The notes: a model not told the origin generated them from the sequence alone. Counted from the stretch's first letter, positions 1-12,059 are shown. The stretch is 64,000 bases of DNA from Marsupella aquatica (GCA_973895155.1 OZ316897.1:16119375-16183374), one strand, 5' to 3'. A program made the numbers and translations.

Positions 1-325
1 AGCTGAGCGCTGTTCGTGTTACATCCCAAATGTCACTGGGGAAGTACTGTAGAATTCTTGTGCAGACTTATGTGAACTCGTCGCTGCTCAAATAGGCGTT
101 GCTGAGCACGGATTCTCACTGCACATGAATTAATACCTAGGATCTCGGCGCCTTGCAAGTAACAGGATTGGAGAATTGAGGGTTTAGCACGGCTTTGGCT
201 TCCATTGTACCGTATGCCTGGTGAGGGATTGTAACTGGCAGTTCGGAGAGGTGAGCGAGTCGCTGGAGTGCACAGGAATTGCCATTCATCTCACAGATCA
301 TTTTTCGGCCAAATCAGGAGGCGAC

Positions 326-1243
326 ATGCTTTCTCAGGAGTCGATTCTGGTTCTCGGCGCCGGCGAATTAGGCACAGCAGTGCTTCGCGGCCTCGCCCTA
401 CATCGCGAGCGCGGCTCCGTCAAGCTGTCGGTGCTTCTGAGGCCCGCCACAATCAACAGCAGCCAGGCGGAGAAACGCGCTCAAATCACTTCCCTCCAAA
501 GTCTCGGCATCGCAGTCGTGGCAGGGGATGTGATGACAGACTCGGTTCCAGAGCTCGTGGCTCTGTTCAAGCCCTTCACCACCATCATAAGCTGTTCTGG
601 TATGACCTTCGAATCAGGAACTCAGCTCAAATTGGCGCATGCAGTGCTCGATGCAGGGGTGCGAAGATACATCCCGTGGCAATTCGGCGCCGACTATGCT
701 ATCATCGGCCGCAATAGCTCGCAGGACCTTTTCACTGAGCAATTGGACGTCAGAGACCTGCTGCGAGCCCAAACGGAAACGACTTGGATCATTGTATCGA
801 CAGGGATGTTCATGAGCATTCTGTTCGAGGATTTCTTCGGAATTGTGAACGCCGAGCGGACGATTGTGCGTGCTCTGGGGTCCTGGGACAATCTGGTGAC
901 TGTCACTTCACCAGAAGACATTGGGAAGCTGACTGCGGAGGTCGTTCTGGCGGCACCCGAGGTCGAAAACGAAATTGTTTTCATAGCTGGAGACACAGTT
1001 TCGTATGCTCAGATTGCAACGATTGTAGAACAGGTGCGAGGGAAGCCGATCGAGCGAGTGCTGTGGGATCTGAGCACCCTTCGAAAGGATCTGATGGAGA
1101 GTCCGAGCGACAGTTTGAAGAAATACAGGATCGTGTTCGCAGAAGGAAAAGGAGTGTCGTGGAATCGGGAACAAACTTTCAATTGGAAGAGAGGTCTAAA
1201 GACAACTTCTCTGGAGCAGTGGGCAAGAGACAATTTGAAATGA
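326..1243 (+). CDS. NmrA-like / isoflavone-reductase-like NAD(P)-dependent reductase, intronless, microbial type
   Basis: ATG at 326 (MLSQESILVLGAGELG, a Rossmann GxGxxG motif). Also VRRYIPWQFGADY, GRNSSQDLFTEQLDVRDLLRAQ, WIIVSTGMF and EDIGKLTAEV, typical of the atypical-SDR NmrA family. Single exon of about 305 aa. Confidence 0.85.
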   Translation: MLSQESILVLGAGELGTAVLRGLALHRERGSVKLSVLLRPATINSSQAEKRAQITSLQSLGIAVVAGDVMTDSVPELVALFKPFTTIISCSGMTFESGTQLKLAHAVLDAGVRRYIPWQFGADYAIIGRNSSQDLFTEQLDVRDLLRAQTETTWIIVSTGMFMSILFEDFFGIVNAERTIVRALGSWDNLVTVTSPEDIGKLTAEVVLAAPEVENEIVFIAGDTVSYAQIATIVEQVRGKPIERVLWDLSTLRKDLMESPSDSLKKYRIVFAEGKGVSWNREQTFNWKRGLKTTSLEQWARDNLK

Positions 1244-1269
1244 GTTAGTGTAGTTAGTGGCTATTAAGG

Positions 1270-1745
1270 TTCATGACAGAAAAAGGTTCTGGAGTACCAA
1301 ATTCATGATCTATATAGCTTTGAGGAGTACCAAATTCATGATCTATAAGTTTTGAGGAGTACCAAACTCATGTCCATAACCTTTTGCCTTAAAGATAGCT
1401 CATAGCAAACTCATGTCCATATTTTTGCCATAAAGGTTGGTCATGACTAAGTAATTGTAGAGGATAGTGATAAAAAAAATTAGCCATAACGATTGGTCAT
1501 GTGCCTATGACCATAAGTAATTGTAGAGGATAGTGACAAGAAAAACAGCTATGGCCATTTCTTTAGGGCGAAAGCCAAATCTATAAGTATGAAGCTTTTG
1601 GACATCCTAATAGGGGGCTCTAGGGTGTCTCAAAACTCAAAGTTAGATTCTCGACAGAAAAAGTGATGGATTACGAAATTCATGATCCATAACTTTTTGT
1701 TATAAAGATTAGTTCATGATCCATAACTTTTTGTCATTAAGATTT
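1270..1745. repeat. Cluster of short degenerate direct repeats
   Basis: GAGTACCAAA(T/C)TCATG occurs 3 times, TAAGTAATTGTAGAGGATAGTGA twice and TTCATGATCCATAACTTTTTGT twice. Confidence 0.6.
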
Positions 1746-2899
1746 CAGGTGCTACCTTGTTGTTTGGGAGTCTACACAGATTTTTTTTGTCTTATTGAGA
1801 TTTTTTATATGTATTTTGGTTTCAATTTATTTTATACCATTTAACGCCCTCTTATATTTTCTATATTTCGTTGTTGACACCCCTTTTTAGATCTAGTTTA
1901 TTTTTTAATCTTGCCCCTCCTTTGTTAGAATATGTTATATTCATCCTTAAATTTGGGTTCTTTTAAATTGATTTTTCATACTCTATGGATAGCTAGACCC
2001 TAAGCTACCCCTTCCCAAGGTGTCATGGAACCAAGGTGGTATAAGAAACAAACATTTCAAGAGAATGCCAACCCCTCCCCTTTACCTCGGGATAAGAGTT
2101 CTGTTTCCTAAGCTTATGGTTTTTAGTGATGTTTCCTAAGCTTAAGGGTTTGAGTGACATACCTATCGCTCCCGTGAATTATGAGGAAAGCATGAGAGGC
2201 CCGTCATTTTTTGAAAGACATTCAAAATAACTTAGAAGCTAAATAGTTGTTTACTAGAAAACTGACCTTGTAAAAAAATTAAGTGATCACGAGAAGACAC
2301 TTTGTAAAGGAATAAGCACTGAAGCACAAGTACCAAGTCACCCTAAACTAATTTATTCTTACCTTAAAGTGATTACTAAGAAAATTATCCAAACTCTAAA
2401 AAGGAATAATTCTTTATTTGTCTCAACAGTCATGAGAATCCTTTTGAGGATACCTTCATGGTGTGTAGGATTGGGATAGGACAAAGGTCAAGCTCTCCAA
2501 GAATGTTCCTCCTAGCACCTAGCTTGCTCCCTCAACAATGAGCATGAGTCTCCAAGAAGAGCTCTCCCTGGCCTATCTATGTCAGATAGAGTCACTGCTA
2601 ATCACCATTAACACCATAATGGTGGTTTAGCCTAAGTAACTAGAAGTTAACCCCAAGTCTACAGTTAACCCTAACACACTTGAGAGATAGAGAGAACTTC
2701 TAGTGTGGAGACTTGATATGGCCGAGGGGTCTAGAGTGCAGTAGCTGTCATGTGCCAAGGGGTCTAGAGTGCAGTAGCTCTCGTGTGTTTTTGGACATAG
2801 CCTCAGCTAAGGTGAACCACATATTTCTTTGTGTTAACTACTTGTCCGTTGGATGATCATGGCCTGCCGTTGTGAATGTCATCTTCTCTCAACATATGC

Positions 2900-3117
2900 A
2901 TCCTCTCTCCCATCCCAGATGAAGTTTAGAGGTTAAGGTTTATCGTCATAACCCCTAAAACCTATACTTTCATCTCTAAATGGGATGGGATCTGATGCCC
3001 ACCAAGGAGAACTGTTGCGTGCTTGAGATTGTAAGGTTTATCCATCCTTTCCCATTAGAGGCAAAGTTTAGGGATTTGCATTTATCATCCATAAACCTTA
3101 AACTATGGGATGAGATC
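2900..3117 (+). repeat. Host dispersed repeat (TTATCATCCATAAACCCTAAA...GGGATGGGATCTGATGCC...GGAGAACTGTTGCGTGCTTGA), left part, interrupted by the retroelement
   Basis: An intact unit lies at 2925-3030. The interrupted unit continues at 12981 (GATCTAATGCC...GGAGAACTCTTGCATGCTTGAAATTG). More copies occur at about 13380-13440 and 13855-14145. Confidence 0.7.
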
Positions 3118-3447
3118 TGTCACACCATTCTGAGTAGTGTAGTAGTATATCGTGCTATTAGAGTATGTACGTTTGGTATGAGTGCTATTGGAGCCGATAA
3201 GGTTCTGTCATGTTTGTGTGAGAGGGTACTTCTCACTTGTGAGGCATTGAAAGGTCATCTTTCAATGTTGAGCCTTGGAGAGAGAGGAGCTTGAGTGTGG
3301 CTATGGTGGCTGTGAGCTCCGCTTGTGTAACGTGGATTCCTTGAGTAGTGCAAGGTGCGTTGGCTTGACATACGTGTGTGATCGGATCGGTGCGGGATCG
3401 ATGGGGTATTGTTGACCGAGATCGTTGTGCCGATTGTATGGAGATTA
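3118..3447 (+). repeat. Split direct repeat A1 (330 bp)
   Basis: Matches 12514-12843 with 3 substitutions seen by eye. Confidence 0.95.
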
Positions 3448-3458
3448 CATTGAAAGAT
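3448..3458 (+). promoter_or_regulatory. Putative self-priming primer-binding site (CATTGAAAGAT)
   Basis: Begins on the first base after repeat A1. It is the exact reverse complement of ATCTTTCAATG at 3257-3267 inside A. No tRNA-type TGG PBS is present at the boundary. Confidence 0.65.
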
Positions 3459-3717
3459 CACATTCAAAATCTGTTGTACGGACTGTGCGGACAGAAGTTC
3501 GATTGATTGAGTTGTCGACGGTTCGTGGTAGCTCGGATCGTGTGTTGTTATCGAACAGATTGTTGGTATCTTGACCTGTATCGTTGTTGTCCGATCGGCC
3601 TGCTTCCCGATCGATGTACAGATCTGTGATTGGTGACAGGTTTTGAGTTGGAGGTCGATTGATGATTCATGGAGGAAAGCGAATGTTGAGTAGATGTTGG
3701 ACAGTGGAAGTCGATCC

Positions 3718-4290
3718 GTGAGGCTTCAGATCCGATTGCCAGCTACTGTGAGGCTTCAGATTTGATTGTCGGCTACTGTGGGGCTTCAGATCTGATTGCC
3801 GGCTATTGTTGGACGATGTTGGCAAGGCGCAGGTGAAGCGACGGCTTTTTTCCTGAAGGAACGGAGCTGCCAATGCCCCGTGCGACGGTATCATCGTTTC
3901 AGTGAAAGAAACGAGGGTCAAGGGTGTTGAATCAAGTTGCTGCCAATTCTGTGGAAGGGCTGCGTTTTTCATGAAGAAAATCGACAATTTTCGGGAGCTT
4001 TCTGTGAAGAAAGTACTCGTTTTTGGGGTTAGGTGTGAGGCGCACGAGGTCACCCATCCCGAAAGTGCTCGCGCGAGGCAACGCGTGAGGTCACCCATCC
4101 CGAAAGTGCTCCCAACCGCGAGCGAGAAGTCACCCATCGCAAGCGCAGGCAGGCACGAGGTCGAGGTCACCCATCCCGGGGCTATTCCGGGCCGTGAGCG
4201 CGAGGGGAGGCACAAGGTCGAGCGCGAGGAGGTCACCCATCCCGGGGCTATTCCCAGCCGCGAGCGCTTAACTGGCAAGTTCTCATCCCA
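3718..4290 (+). repeat. Tandem and clustered repeats in the retroelement 5' leader
   Basis: A 30-bp unit GTGAGGCTTCAGATCCGATTGCCAGCTACT occurs 3 times (3718-3807). GAGGTCACCCATCC-like motifs occur 5-6 times (about 4046-4290). Confidence 0.8.
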
Positions 4291-4801
4291 CCTTGTGTAC
4301 ACACAAGCTTTGACAACTTGTTGTTTAGATTCAAGCGCCAGTGGGCTTTATACACTTCTCGGTTTGTTTAGAGGCCTATTCTAGGCCAAATCAGAGGCTG
4401 TTTGAGGGTTTTTGATACTTCTGAGTCCATCTAGACTCACAGATTGAACTAATTTTGCCTTGGTTCTCATCTACAACATTGGAGTGCCATTGTGAAGCCT
4501 ATTATGAAGGCTCTTCCTTGAACCTTATGCACATTGTCATATTGATTTGCATTTGCTTTTGTGTGGAGAGTTGAATGGTATCCATTCTTGTTTCTGGATC
4601 CTCTTCACACATGTTTCCTGTTTATGCGCCATGTTAGTTTCGTGTGGGCGCTTGATTCCATAGGAGTGATCCGGGTTTGCAACTGGACATTCTAGTGTGC
4701 TGTGTATTTCTCTCTTGGTGATGTTGGAGTGATGCCCAACACACCATGGTGAGTGCTTGTGGTGCTGATAGGGATAGATTGCCCTTAGGGTTAGCACATA
4801 G

Positions 4802-7300
4802 ATTAGGTTAAAGTTGGTCACCACGGATTCTTCTGGTGCTGCTGGATTACCCGATGGACGACGGACCGGTTTCACTCGGAGTGGGGCACAGTTTCGGCCA
4901 GCGGCATTGTTAGCAATCAGTAGTGCAGCTTCAGACAATGATTCTGATGAGGACTCAGTGACCAGTTCTCCTCATCATCAGGTGGTTGCACCTTTGTTGT
5001 GGGATATGGACGAGATGTACGGGGCTACAAAGGGCCCACGACGATACTCTGGTGCAGTTGGCACAATTGATCTGGATGACTTCATCCAGGAGTTTGATAC
5101 GTGGTGCGATATGTAGACATTGCGTAATGTCACATTGTTTACCCCTTTCATGGCATGGAAGGGATTATTCCAGCATTTGGAGGGGCCACCCATGGATGAC
5201 TACCATGAGTTTCGGAAGGCTCATTTGGTTGAGATTGAGGCATGGAGGCAGCATTGGTCGCCTAATTACGTGTCCATCACCTATGGCACTAGTGCGGCTA
5301 CCCAACCAATTGCCACAACTGCTGCTTCTTCTAGCAGCACTAGCCAGAGTGGCACACCATCCACCAGCAGCACTCCAGCAGCATCCACCACTACTCCTGC
5401 CGGTGTGATTGTGACAGGAACTGGAGTTGCGCCAGCATTTAATCCTGTGGTGGAATTCTTTGAGGTACTGAAGCAGAACTATCAGGGTGTGAGAACTGAT
5501 AAGTTGAAGGGTCTTCAGGAGTTCCAACGCAAGACTGGAGAGAGCCTACGTGAGGCATACACACGTATGCGCAGATTGATCACTGTCACCAAGGGAGTGA
5601 CAGAGGCTCAGGCAGTCCAATTTTGGTATGCAATTCTGGACAGAGAATTGCGACGCAGAGTGAGAGATGTCACTCTGCTTAGGGATGCAGATCCCACATT
5701 AGCAGTTGTTTTCACCCTTTCTGAGCGCATTGAGCTCAATATGGTGAATGAGAAGGTGGTGACTTTCGGATTTGCCAAGGAAGCACCAAAGGCTGCATCT
5801 ACATCCACACCACAGCCTACTGCACGGAAGAGCCAGAGGGAGAAGCCTACTGCACGAGAGTCTACCAGCCAGAGACCTGTGCCCTCTTATGCTGGACAGC
5901 AGTCAGGATGTTGGACCTGTGGTGGGGATCATGCACAGAGATATTGTCCAGATCATAGAGGATCAGGGGGAGCATCAGCGCCTGATCAGCGACAGTGTGA
6001 TCACTGTGGAGCTCCTGGACACACCAAGGATAGGTGTTTCTCACTCCACCCTGAGTTACGGAGAGGAGGATCCCATACACATGATCAGGGAAGAGGAGGA
6101 GGAGGTAGAGGTGGTGGACGTGGTCGTGGCATGCCACATGCAGGGAGACAGGGAGGTGACGCTGCCCCTGCTGTAACCATAGATCCAAAGGATGCTAAGA
6201 TTGCTCAATTGGAGCAACAACTAGCTGTCATGGCTAGTTCCCAGGTGAGACCTAATTTTGGTGATGGGGCATCTACATCCTATGGACCTTCCACATCCCA
6301 TGGTCCTTCCACATCTTATGGAGCTGATGGAGACCTTGCCACCATGGGATTCATGTGTGGCACTGCACATATTGATGCATCAGCAGCTTTGACACGTGGG
6401 GCAGCCAAAGCTCTTGAGCCCCGAGGAGCAGTAGTGGAGTTAGATCCACAAAGGGGGGATGCACGTCGGCAGACAAAGCTTCCTCAGTCTTTTACATTGT
6501 CAGAGACAGTTCAGACTGCCTCTATGAACCCGGTTCGGACAAACCCTGATGTGGGTAAGTTGGCAGAATCAGGTAGTGATGCAGCAGGGATGATAGGTAC
6601 CTTGCTGGGGGCGGCTACTGCCATAGTACGCACTCCATTATTTTCAGCGACAAACATGCTGAACTTGGGAGTTGGTCCTCCAGAAGTGTTCAGATTGGCA
6701 GCTACACTCTGTGAGGACACTCCAGTGGTTGCTTCCCATGCAGAAGCAACTTGCAGTGTTGATGCAGTGAAGACCATGCCACCTACTGCTACTAGTGAGA
6801 CATGGCATGCAGCAGCAGCGAGGTTGGTGGATTTACCAGCACGCCCTGCATTTGAGAGGACTAGGTTTAAACCTAGTGTTGTGTCATTGGATAATCGGAG
6901 TGGTATCTTCCGATTAGTTGGGCCTTCTGGAGCAGTATACCAGCCAGAGAGAGTGTTACTGGATACTGGTGCTCAGCCCTTGATGTTGGGGAAGTCTGCC
7001 ATACGTGGATTGGGATTGCGTCCAGAGGATTTGGAGGATTGTCCCTTTCCCATTCAGACTTCATTGGGGGGACCTACACCTACACAGCATATCACCAGGA
7101 GACCACTTGATTTGAGGATTCAGGAAGGTCATACCACAGATAGATCACAGATACAGGCGCGAGCTATTCTGACTAAGGCAGAGTCATATGATGTGTTGGT
7201 GGGATGTACAGTGCTCTACCCCATGGGATTTATTCTTGATTTTTGGGAGGAATCAGTGTCATATAGACCTGATTGGCAGTCAAGAGATGCTCGATTTAGC
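4802..7300 (+). pseudogene. Retroelement Gag (two zinc knuckles) and aspartic protease
   Basis: ORFs 4814-5116 and 5120-8251 are in the same frame, separated by a TAG at 5114-5116. Knuckles are CWTCGGDHAQRYC (about 5909) and CDHCGAPGHTKDRC (about 5996), followed by an RGG-rich linker. Protease motif VLLDTGAQ at about 6953-6976. Confidence 0.85.
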
Positions 7301-7668
7301 AAATTGCCAGTGAGATTTAGTGGACCTATGGGAGGCCCTAAATCCACACCATTATCTTTGGCAGCATTCAGTGGTGTAATTGCTGGACCTGATGATTTGA
7401 TTGAGGGTAATGCGCATGCAGCCGATGTTCCACCATTGGAGGAGTCTCATGAGGAGCACATCATGCGAGGATTACCTGTTGGCAATGTTATGCCACCAGT
7501 GTGGGGCATTGCACAAGCCTTGCCACAGGCAGCAGCACGATTGGTACATGATGCATGGCGTCATGCTTTTACACCACAGTCAGGAGCAGAGCAGTCTCTT
7601 GCAGATGGACCTGTGACTCTTTCACCATTGGATACCACTCCTATTGCTTGGCAGTATCCACCGGAGGG

Positions 7669-8570
7669 TATTTGTTTGTTGGATCTTTTTGGTGGGATTA
7701 GCACTGGATTGGCTGCTGTTCTTCAGGCAGGAATTCCTATGCGTCGTTATTTGTATGTGGAGACAGATGAGACAACACGGAGGGTCTCATTGCGACATGT
7801 GGCTATGTTGGTGGATAGATATCCACAGTTGCTGCCAGTGGATGCTGTTCGTGGTTATCAGCATGCACTACCTACTGATATTTCATTGTTGGGGGCGGAT
7901 CATCTACATCGTGTTGGCCCCATTGATTTGGTGATTGCTGGTTGGCCATGTCAGGGCCAATCTAGAGCTGGCATTGGGCATGGACTTCATGATCCACGCT
8001 CTGCATTGTTTTGGGAGATGTTACGGGTGCTGCGTCACCTCCAGCTACATCAGACACAGTCTCCAGCATACATTTTGGAGAATGTGCCATTGTTAGGTGA
8101 TGATCGTAGTCGGATTGTTGCCAGTGTTCACCAGGTGAGGTCTTGGATTGGACCTGCTGTGTTATTGGATGCTGCACGTGTGGGTTCTCGTGCACATCGT
8201 CCACGCTTATGGTGGACTAATTCCGCGCTCACCAGCCTTAGTGGTGGATGATATTTTGGATCCAGGGCGTCGTGCACAGGGTGTGACCCAACCTGATAGA
8301 CCTCCATTGGCAATGGTCAATGCAGTTGGGTGCCCACGTTGTGCATTACCCACTCTTGTAAGCCACTCTGCTTCATATGCATTCAGAGCAGGTGGCCCTG
8401 GACTTGTATGGACACAGCTCTCCAGCAGTTAGTGGAGCCTACTGCTGATGAGAGAGAGCGTGCTATGGGATTTTTGACTGGCACCACTGCAGTTGTCTCT
8501 GTGTCAGAGGGTTTGCGGCGCCAGGTTCTTGGTCAAGCAATGGATTTGAATTGTTTGACTTGGATTATCA
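7669..8570 (+). pseudogene. C5 cytosine DNA methyltransferase domain embedded in the retroelement polyprotein (two frameshifts)
   Basis: Motif I LLDLFGGIS, motif II YLYVETD, catalytic motif IV IAGWPCQG (about 7934-7957), motif VI YILENV (about 8069-8086) and motif VIII AHRPRLWW. After frameshifts at about 8225 and 8412 come motif IX ERERAMGF and motif X RRQVLGQAM. Confidence 0.9.
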
Positions 8571-9384
8571 GCTTGGGAGTAGCTGAACAGTTGCGGATGC
8601 GCTCTGCCGGAATTACTGATTGTCCCTTGGTGAGCTTGCGGTCCACTAAGACAGTATTGACCACAGCTGGGGGCGAGCAGACAGTCCATGGACCTATGAC
8701 AGGATTGGCGGCTGGACAGATTGTTGAGCAGGAAGGGACTGCTCAATCTACTACTAAATAGCAATCATCGGCTATCTCTTCTACCCTACAAAGAGATATT
8801 AGGGATTTGGTGGAGAGTTGGGAACCACAGCTTGGCCCTAAGTTAACAGGGGAGGAGAGACGTCGTATGCATCGATTCCTGAAGAGTTATTGGAATTGTT
8901 TTGCATTCAGCATGAAGGATTTGGGGACATTGAAGGGCCCTGGTATTCAGATTGAATTGGCTAGTGATGCGCCAATCTTTCGTAGACCATACCGTTATAG
9001 TGACATGGAGAGAGCTCTGATTCAAAGCAGAACTCAAGATTTGTTGGAGGCTGGATTGGTGGAGATTTCATATGGGGAGTATGCATCTGCCACAGTGATG
9101 CCAGCCAAGAAAGATGTGCATGGCAATTACACAGATAGGCGCATGTGTGGTGATTACAGACCTATTAATCGCCAGACAAAATCTGATCGATATGCCATGC
9201 CCACACCTGAGGAGATCTTTGATGCTGTGGGGCATGCAAAGGTTTTCAGTTCATTGGATCTGAGGGCAGGATACCATCAGCTTCCAATTAGGCATGCTGA
9301 CAGGTCCAAGACAGTTCTGGGGGATTGATTCTTATGGCAAAGATCGTTTGTATCAATGGTTATTCTTACCATTTGGGTTGAAGA

Positions 9385-9690
9385 CCCGGGGTCCTCACTT
9401 CTTTTCTTCCGACCCATCACGCGCGAATAAGTATAGGGTTTTTTTATTGGGTTTAATGAAATACTTTTAAATTTTTGTTGAAGAACATTAGTGTTATTTT
9501 AATCCAATTTTGAGAATTATAAGAATCATAGGGTTTTTTAAAATCAAATATGGGAACATTCTTGGAATATTCTATTAAGTTAGGGGTTAAAAAATTCCTA
9601 AAAAAAACTTTATTGACTTAACTTTTAGGGTGTTTATTCTCCCAAAACTTCGAGCGTGATATGGGACACCCCTTGGATTGAGGCCCCCGA
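9385..9690. mobile_element. Non-autonomous DNA transposon (MITE-like, 306 bp) inserted into the RT domain
   Basis: 9-bp TSD GGTTGAAGA at 9376-9384 and 9691-9699. Imperfect TIRs CCGGGGTCCTCA / TGAGGCCCCCGA flank an AT-rich core. Removing it restores PFGLKNAP. Confidence 0.85.
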
Positions 9691-12059
9691 GGTTGAAGAA
9701 TGCACCAGCTGAGTTCCAGAGAGTCATGGATCGAATCCTTGTAGGTTTGGATTTTGTCAGATGTTATATTGATGATATTTTGGTCTATTCTTCTACTGTG
9801 GAAGAACATCAGCAGCACTTGCAGACTGTGTTGGAGAGATTGAGAGCACATGGGTTGAAGCTCCATCCTAGCAAGTGTAAGTTCTTCCAAGACCAGATTG
9901 AGTATTTGGGCCACACCATATACCCAGGGGGATTGGGTGTACAGCAGACTAAAGTGGAGGTCATTACACAGATTCCTTGTCCTACTGATGTGAGTAGAGT
10001 TCGTGCATTCTTGGGATTGGCGAGCTACTACAGGAGGTATGTTAAAGGATTTAGCCAGCTTGCTAAACCTTTGACCATACTCACTAAGTTGGATCAGGAA
10101 TGGATTTCGGGTGATGACCAGGAGCATGCCTTTCAGGAGTTGAAGCAAAGGTTGGCATCATCCCCTATTTTGAGAAGACCCATTTCAGGCAGACCATTTC
10201 AGCTACACACTGATTGGAGTGGAGTAGGACTTGGAGCAGTGCTGACTCAGAAGGATGATGAGGGGAATGAGTTTGTTGTGGCTTATGCCAGTAGATCAAA
10301 CAATTCAGCAGAGGCTAAGTATAGCTCTTATGAGGGAGAGTGTTTGGCAGCAGTGTGGGCTGTTGCACACTTTCGTTGCTACTTGTTTGGTAACCCCTTC
10401 ACCTTGATCACTGATCATCAGCCTCTTAAGTGGTTAATGGAGTCTGACAAGCTTACAGGGAAGCTTGCACGATGGGCATTGTTGTTACAGGAGTATGATT
10501 TCCAGGTGGTGCATAGGCCTGGAAAAGTGAACTTGGATGCAGATGGATTAAGCCGCAATCCATGTACCAGTCAGCAGGATGAGACTGGAGCCAGATGGCA
10601 TGATGAGTCAGATAAGGAGATGGTGCCAGGATGGCATGCATCTGCCTTTCTTTGTTGGGTGCCAGCATACAGTGGATCTGTGGACTCTACTTCATTGGAT
10701 GGAGTGGGTGATGAGTCTTCAGATGTGGATGTTGGTGAGGTAACTTCTGGACAACAAGATATTCACAATGATGTGAGAGTGTTGGAATATCTGCGCAATA
10801 GTTCTATTGTTGGCAGTGTTGATGCCAAGGACCGTGACAGGGTTCTACAGAGAGCCAAGAGGTTTCGATGGGAGGGAAACCATCTTTTGAGAGTACTGCA
10901 TGATGGTAGGATGTTGGTGGTACCAAAACCATCACAACGAGTACATTTGGTGCGACATGCGCACGAGGAGTTGGGTCACTTTGGTGTGAAGCGCACTTAC
11001 AGCTTGCTGCAGATGTAGTATTGGTGGCGTGGTATGCACACTCATGTCCAGCAGTTGATAGCTAAGTGTGTGGTATGTGACAGAGTGAGAGCATCATTTA
11101 ATGCTCCCACTCCCCAGTTGCACCCGTTACCGATCATGGGTTTGGGATATCGTTGGAGTTTGGATTTTGCTGGTCCATTACCTCTTACCCAACGTCATAA
11201 TCGGTATGTTTTGGTCATGGTGGAGCACTTCTCCAAGTGGATTGAGCTAGTGGCGTTGCCAGATAAAGCCAGTGGAGGAGTTGCTGCTACATTTTTGGAT
11301 TGTGTACTCAGTCATTTTGGAGCACCAACTGAGGTGTTGACTGATCAGGGAACTGAGTTCCGTGGAGAGTTTGAGAGTTTGTGTGAACAAGCTCTGATTG
11401 ATCATCGCACTACCTCTCGTGATCATCCTGAGGCAGATGGATTAGCTGAGAGAGTTGTGCAAACTGTGAAGAGAGGATTGCGTAAGTATGGCTTGCAGGT
11501 TGGTCATCTGGGAGATTGGGATCTCCAGCTACCTTGGTTAGCTATGGGCTACCATTTCAGTCGGCAAGCATCACTTGCATCCTTCTCACCCTACTTTTTG
11601 CTCTATGGTAGAGAGCCAGATTTGCCAGCAGCTATTCGTCGTCATGCTGCACCAGTTGTGAACTTGGATGATCCTGATGTTTGGGTCAAGGTGTGTTCAG
11701 AGAGAGCACGGGTATTTCAGAGAGTGATGCCCATGGCTTTTGACAACCTTGCCATTGCCCAACATCGTGATACTTTGAGGTATGCCACTATTCGTGGAGG
11801 AGGTTACCGTGCAAGCATTCGACGATTTCATCCTGGTGATTATGTTTATTTGCAGCAGACAGCACCCACGACACTTGATGTGACCGCAGGCCGGACAATC
11901 TTACGTGTGCGTGAAGTGTTGCCTTCTGGTGTCCTGATGTTGGAGGGACGCGATGGTATGGTTTGGAAGGATCATGTGCGCAACTGTGCACCATGTCACC
12001 TTCCTAACATTGATGGTACAGTAGATCCAAGCTTGGCACATGTTCGTGCTGGCTTGAAA

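Noticed and set aside
221-325. GTG start extending the NmrA ORF to 340 aa
   Set aside because: The context is eukaryotic, and family similarity starts right after the ATG at 326.
3564-3575. TGGTATC as a tRNA-iMet PBS
   Set aside because: Only 7 nt match TGGTATCAGAGC and the site lies about 115 nt from the repeat boundary.
3667-4384. ORFs 3667-4302 (-) and 3902-4384 (+)
   Set aside because: They arise from GC-rich tandem repeats in the leader and contain no recognisable domain.
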